A stretch of DNA of 18,560 nt. Source: an uncultured Aquificales bacterium. Lineage in GTDB: Bacteria; Thermosulfidibacterota; Thermosulfidibacteria; Thermosulfidibacterales; Thermosulfidibacteraceae. The notes beneath the pieces were generated by a model. That model was not told the origin of the DNA and did not search any database. It saw nothing but the letters and a program-made list of their open reading frames with translations. Each line of letters starts with the position of its first letter. The stretch's first letter is position 1. The stretch spans positions 1 to 18,560 of the forward strand of contig CAYPLO010000035.1 of the NCBI GenBank assembly GCA_964411615.1. The letters run 5' to 3'. Made by a program: the position numbers and the translations under genes. Shown here piece by piece: positions 15,386 to 18,560 of this stretch.

Positions 15386-18300
15386 AGAGGGGCCTGCTCT
15401 TACTGCTTCTGCTGTCCGTATCCCTTGTGGCCTCTGCAATCCTGTTCATAAACCCCATCCTCAACTCCACCTGGTTCAAAAATGCCCTCAACTCAAGGCT
15501 GAAGGGGGTGAAGGTTAACTACACAGACATCCATCTGGACCTGTTCCGGCAGAATATCACTGTGGAAGGCCTTGAGGTGCTCTCCCCATCTGTAAAGGCC
15601 CGCATAGGCAGAATTGAGGCCCTCCACCTTCTAAACCCCAACCAGAGGAGCTTAGCGGCCTCGGAGGGCCTCATAGAGATTACCCCCCACAGGGGCAAAG
15701 GGAAAGGGTCCAAAGGCGTACCTACTGTGGTCCTTCCCCAGCTCTCCCTCAGCAACATAGGGGTGAAGGTAAAGGGCCAGAGGATAGATATACGCAGCCT
15801 CAGGGTCCAGAACCTGAAAGAGGGAAGCTTCACAGTCTCCTCTCCAGGGGCCTTCGTCCTTAAAGGAAAAGCCACAAGGGACCAGAGGGCCATAACACTG
15901 AGGATTGAGCAGCTGAAGGCGGACTCCTCAGCCGTTGGGAGGCTACTCAACGGCCTCGGTGTAAGGGTGAAACTGCCCCTTCTCAAGAGCAAAAGGGAGG
16001 TTGAGATAGGAAACACCACAGTGAGACTCTCAATTCCACTAACCAAAGTTAAGGTGGCCATAGAAGGCCCCATCCACATAGACGGCAATCCCGTTAAGGC
16101 CACCGTAAAGATAGAGTACAGCATCCCCAATAAGAGGCTGGCTGTTGAGGTGAACAATATAGAGGGCGAGTTCTCAAAGCTGAAGAAGGTGATATCGCTC
16201 TTCACCAACCACAGGGTCCTCAAGAGAACGGTCTATCCCATGGTTAAGAGGGCCTTAATAAGAGACGGCCACCTCAAGCTCCTGCTGCATCCCACCGTAA
16301 TAAGCCTGAGGGCCAGCGTTGAAGACGGAATGGTAAGCATCCCCCACACCAAGCTCACCCTCCAGCATGTGAGGGCCCTTATTCAGATGGAGAAGAGAAG
16401 GCTTAAGGTGGCGGTAAAAAGGGCAGACACAGAGGGGCTTGAAGTAAAAGAAGCTAAGGTAGAGGTTCTCCTCTCAAAACCGGTGACGGTGAGGGTAAAG
16501 GGGAAGGCCCAGGGCAATGTTAAAGGCATATACAGCCTGATTAGGAAGTTACCCGTCAAAGGGTCCACTCTTAAGGAACTGAACCGCCATAGGCTGGAAG
16601 ATGGGGATGTCACCGCCAGCTTCTCCATCCTCATCAGAGGAGGACTAAAGGGGCTGACGGTAAACGCATCAGTGAGAAAGGCCCTCATCACAGACGAGAT
16701 GGTCAGTATCCCCATAAGGGCCGGACTGCTGAAGATTCATCTGAAGCTTCCCGACATAAGCATCACCGCCCTCAGCATGCAAGGCGAGCACATCAGAGCC
16801 AAAGAGCTCAGGTTAAAGATAACACCCACACTGATAACGTTGCATGCAAAAGGTGTTAGAGCATCCAGCCCCTTCGTGAAGAAGCTAAAGGTAGCCCGTG
16901 CCATCCTAAAGAGGGAAGGAATTAAGCTGAAGAGAGGAGACGTAATAATTGACAGGGCCACCCTGTATCTTTCCAGAGGAAGGCTCACAGGGGCACTGGC
17001 GGATGGAAGAATCATGGGAGTTGCCCTGGAACTGCCTCCAAAGGCTCCTGTGAAGGTGGTGAGGGTGGAAGAGGCGAACGTTAGGGTGGCACTTCCCACC
17101 ATAACCCTTAAAGGGGCCAGAATAACGGCGGATTCCATCCCCTTCACAGCAGATACCATCAGGGTGGACACCAAGAACAAGAAGGTCAGCTTTGCCCTTA
17201 ACCTTCCCCATGCCCAGCTGCTGAACCGATACATACCCCACGTGAAGCTTGCAAAAGGCACTGAACTAAATCTAAAAGCATCGGTGGACCTGACAGGCCA
17301 CCGTCTGGACATTGAAAGACTCAGCCTCAAAGGCAACGGAAGCTGGATTGAGCTAACCAACTCAACCATCTCAGACAGAGAGAAGATTTTGAAGGGCAGG
17401 CTCTCCACAGGTCCCACAATGGACTTCTCCCTTGACATTGACCGGCATTTAGTACTCAGCCTCTCAGGCACCCTGAGGGTAGGCGCCATATACAGGATTG
17501 TGGAGCCTGAGAAGGAGTGGCCCCTTCCCCACTCCGGCCTCATCACCTCAGCCCTCACCCTCCACATACACCCCGAAGACCTCATGCACACCAGCGCAAA
17601 GGGCTACCTACAGCTCAACGGCCTGAAGATTCAGAACAGCACGTTGGAGGGAAGGCTGAGGTTTGAAGGGACCCGCTTCTGGACCGACAGACTTAAGGTC
17701 AAAGACCCCCTGGGCTCTGCAACCATCTCCGGCACAGGCTTCATAAAAGACAGCACCATCTACATTTACGCGGATGCCACAGGAAGCCACATAGACCTGA
17801 ACGCCTTCCTCCCCCAAAAGGCCAAAAAGAGCAAAAGCGAAAGAAGGCCACCGGTGGTTGCAAAGGTGAACTTCAACTTCAAGAACATATCCTACAGAGA
17901 CTGGAACATAAAAGATACCAGAGGCAGCGTTGAGGTGGATGGGCCAGAGAACGGTCTCAAGGTCAAAGTTGATAAGATGGAGGTATGTGGATTCAACGCC
18001 ACCGTAAGCTACTCAAGCAATAAAGGGCGCAAAAGGCTGCATCTTGTTGCAAGTGGCAACTCAACCTTTGATAACCTGTTCTTATGCCTGCTCAAAAAGG
18101 AGAAGAAGATATCGGGAAATCTGAGCTACAGCATAGACCTGAGCTCCTCAGGAGAGGACATCATAAAAGGACTAAATGGAAAGGTCCACGTAAGCTCAAC
18201 CAGAGGAAGGGTCTACAAACTGGCCCTTCTCATGAAGATTCTACAGGTCCTCAGCATCACCAACATACTTACCCTCAACCTTCCCGACTTCGGAAAGAAG

Positions 18301-18560
18301 GGGTTCCCCTACAAGAAGCTTCTCTTCAACGCCAGAATTGAGAAGGGAAAGGTGAAGATAGAGAAGGCCTACATGGACAGTCCTGCGGTGAAGCTGGTCC
18401 CCTCAGGGGTTATAGACCTACCAAGAAAAAGGATAGATATGCTGGTCCTTGCCGCCCCCTTCACCACCCTTGACAGGATAATCTCCCACATACCCCTCCT
18501 TGGTCATGTGCTCACAGGAGAATCGGGAACCTTCATCTCCTTCCCCTTAAAGGTTGAGGG
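15370..18560 (+). CDS. Large AsmA-like (YhdP/AsmA_2-type) envelope protein, 3' end outside the window
   Basis: Frame read manually and found open from GTG 15370 (SD AAGGAG 15356-15361; alternative TTG 15382) to the window end, >1060 codons. It has an N-terminal TM (KRGLLLLLLLSVSLVASAILFI), alternating beta-strand pattern throughout, and a C-terminal G.IDL...IDMLVLAAPFTTLDRIISHIPLLGHVLTG....ISFPLKVEG typical of AsmA-like C-terminal regions. Not in the ORF track (no stop in the window). Confidence 0.82.
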   Translation, partial: MPKPLKRGLLLLLLLSVSLVASAILFINPILNSTWFKNALNSRLKGVKVNYTDIHLDLFRQNITVEGLEVLSPSVKARIGRIEALHLLNPNQRSLAASEGLIEITPHRGKGKGSKGVPTVVLPQLSLSNIGVKVKGQRIDIRSLRVQNLKEGSFTVSSPGAFVLKGKATRDQRAITLRIEQLKADSSAVGRLLNGLGVRVKLPLLKSKREVEIGNTTVRLSIPLTKVKVAIEGPIHIDGNPVKATVKIEYSIPNKRLAVEVNNIEGEFSKLKKVISLFTNHRVLKRTVYPMVKRALIRDGHLKLLLHPTVISLRASVEDGMVSIPHTKLTLQHVRALIQMEKRRLKVAVKRADTEGLEVKEAKVEVLLSKPVTVRVKGKAQGNVKGIYSLIRKLPVKGSTLKELNRHRLEDGDVTASFSILIRGGLKGLTVNASVRKALITDEMVSIPIRAGLLKIHLKLPDISITALSMQGEHIRAKELRLKITPTLITLHAKGVRASSPFVKKLKVARAILKREGIKLKRGDVIIDRATLYLSRGRLTGALADGRIMGVALELPPKAPVKVVRVEEANVRVALPTITLKGARITADSIPFTADTIRVDTKNKKVSFALNLPHAQLLNRYIPHVKLAKGTELNLKASVDLTGHRLDIERLSLKGNGSWIELTNSTISDREKILKGRLSTGPTMDFSLDIDRHLVLSLSGTLRVGAIYRIVEPEKEWPLPHSGLITSALTLHIHPEDLMHTSAKGYLQLNGLKIQNSTLEGRLRFEGTRFWTDRLKVKDPLGSATISGTGFIKDSTIYIYADATGSHIDLNAFLPQKAKKSKSERRPPVVAKVNFNFKNISYRDWNIKDTRGSVEVDGPENGLKVKVDKMEVCGFNATVSYSSNKGRKRLHLVASGNSTFDNLFLCLLKKEKKISGNLSYSIDLSSSGEDIIKGLNGKVHVSSTRGRVYKLALLMKILQVLSITNILTLNLPDFGKKGFPYKKLLFNARIEKGKVKIEKAYMDSPAVKLVPSGVIDLPRKRIDMLVLAAPFTTLDRIISHIPLLGHVLTGESGTFISFPLKVE

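Noticed and set aside
15519..18341. ORF-track ORFs in the last 3 kb (15519-16223, 16383-16715, 16737-17591 on minus; 18084-18341 on plus)
   Set aside because: All lie within the continuous + strand AsmA-like frame, which has an SD, a TM anchor and a family motif.
1..18560. CRISPR array, tRNA/rRNA, riboswitch, IS element or novel multi-gene system
   Set aside because: No periodic repeats or transposase motifs; non-coding space is limited to one 80-bp gap and a few gaps under 20 nt; nearly all genes are recognisable housekeeping families.

Overview
Densely packed, entirely + strand bacterial core-genome region with 19 CDS. It probably comes from a thermophilic diderm: AGG/AGA Arg and ATA Ile codons, E/K-rich proteins, and Lol/Lpt/GT9/AsmA genes (inference). 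Block 1 (48-10162): rplI, dnaB, lolA-like, RDD protein, lptF, lptG, radical SAM protein, hisIE, xseB, ispA, dxs, MBL-fold hydrolase. An 80-bp gap with promoter-like hexamers follows. Block 2 (10243 to the end): rpmH (absent from the ORF track), rnpA, yidD, yidC, mnmE, radC, GT9 glycosyltransferase, and a >1060-codon AsmA-like ORF (absent from the ORF track) that runs off the window. I found no mobile elements, CRISPR arrays, tRNA/rRNA or defence genes, and cannot support a claim of a new multi-gene system. The most notable signals are the apparent total absence of GATC and CTAG (plus TCGA depletion), pervasive start/stop coupling including a possible CTG start, a dual-coded dnaB tail/lolA signal peptide, an RDD gene inside a lolA-lptFG cluster, and rpmH without an adjacent dnaA.
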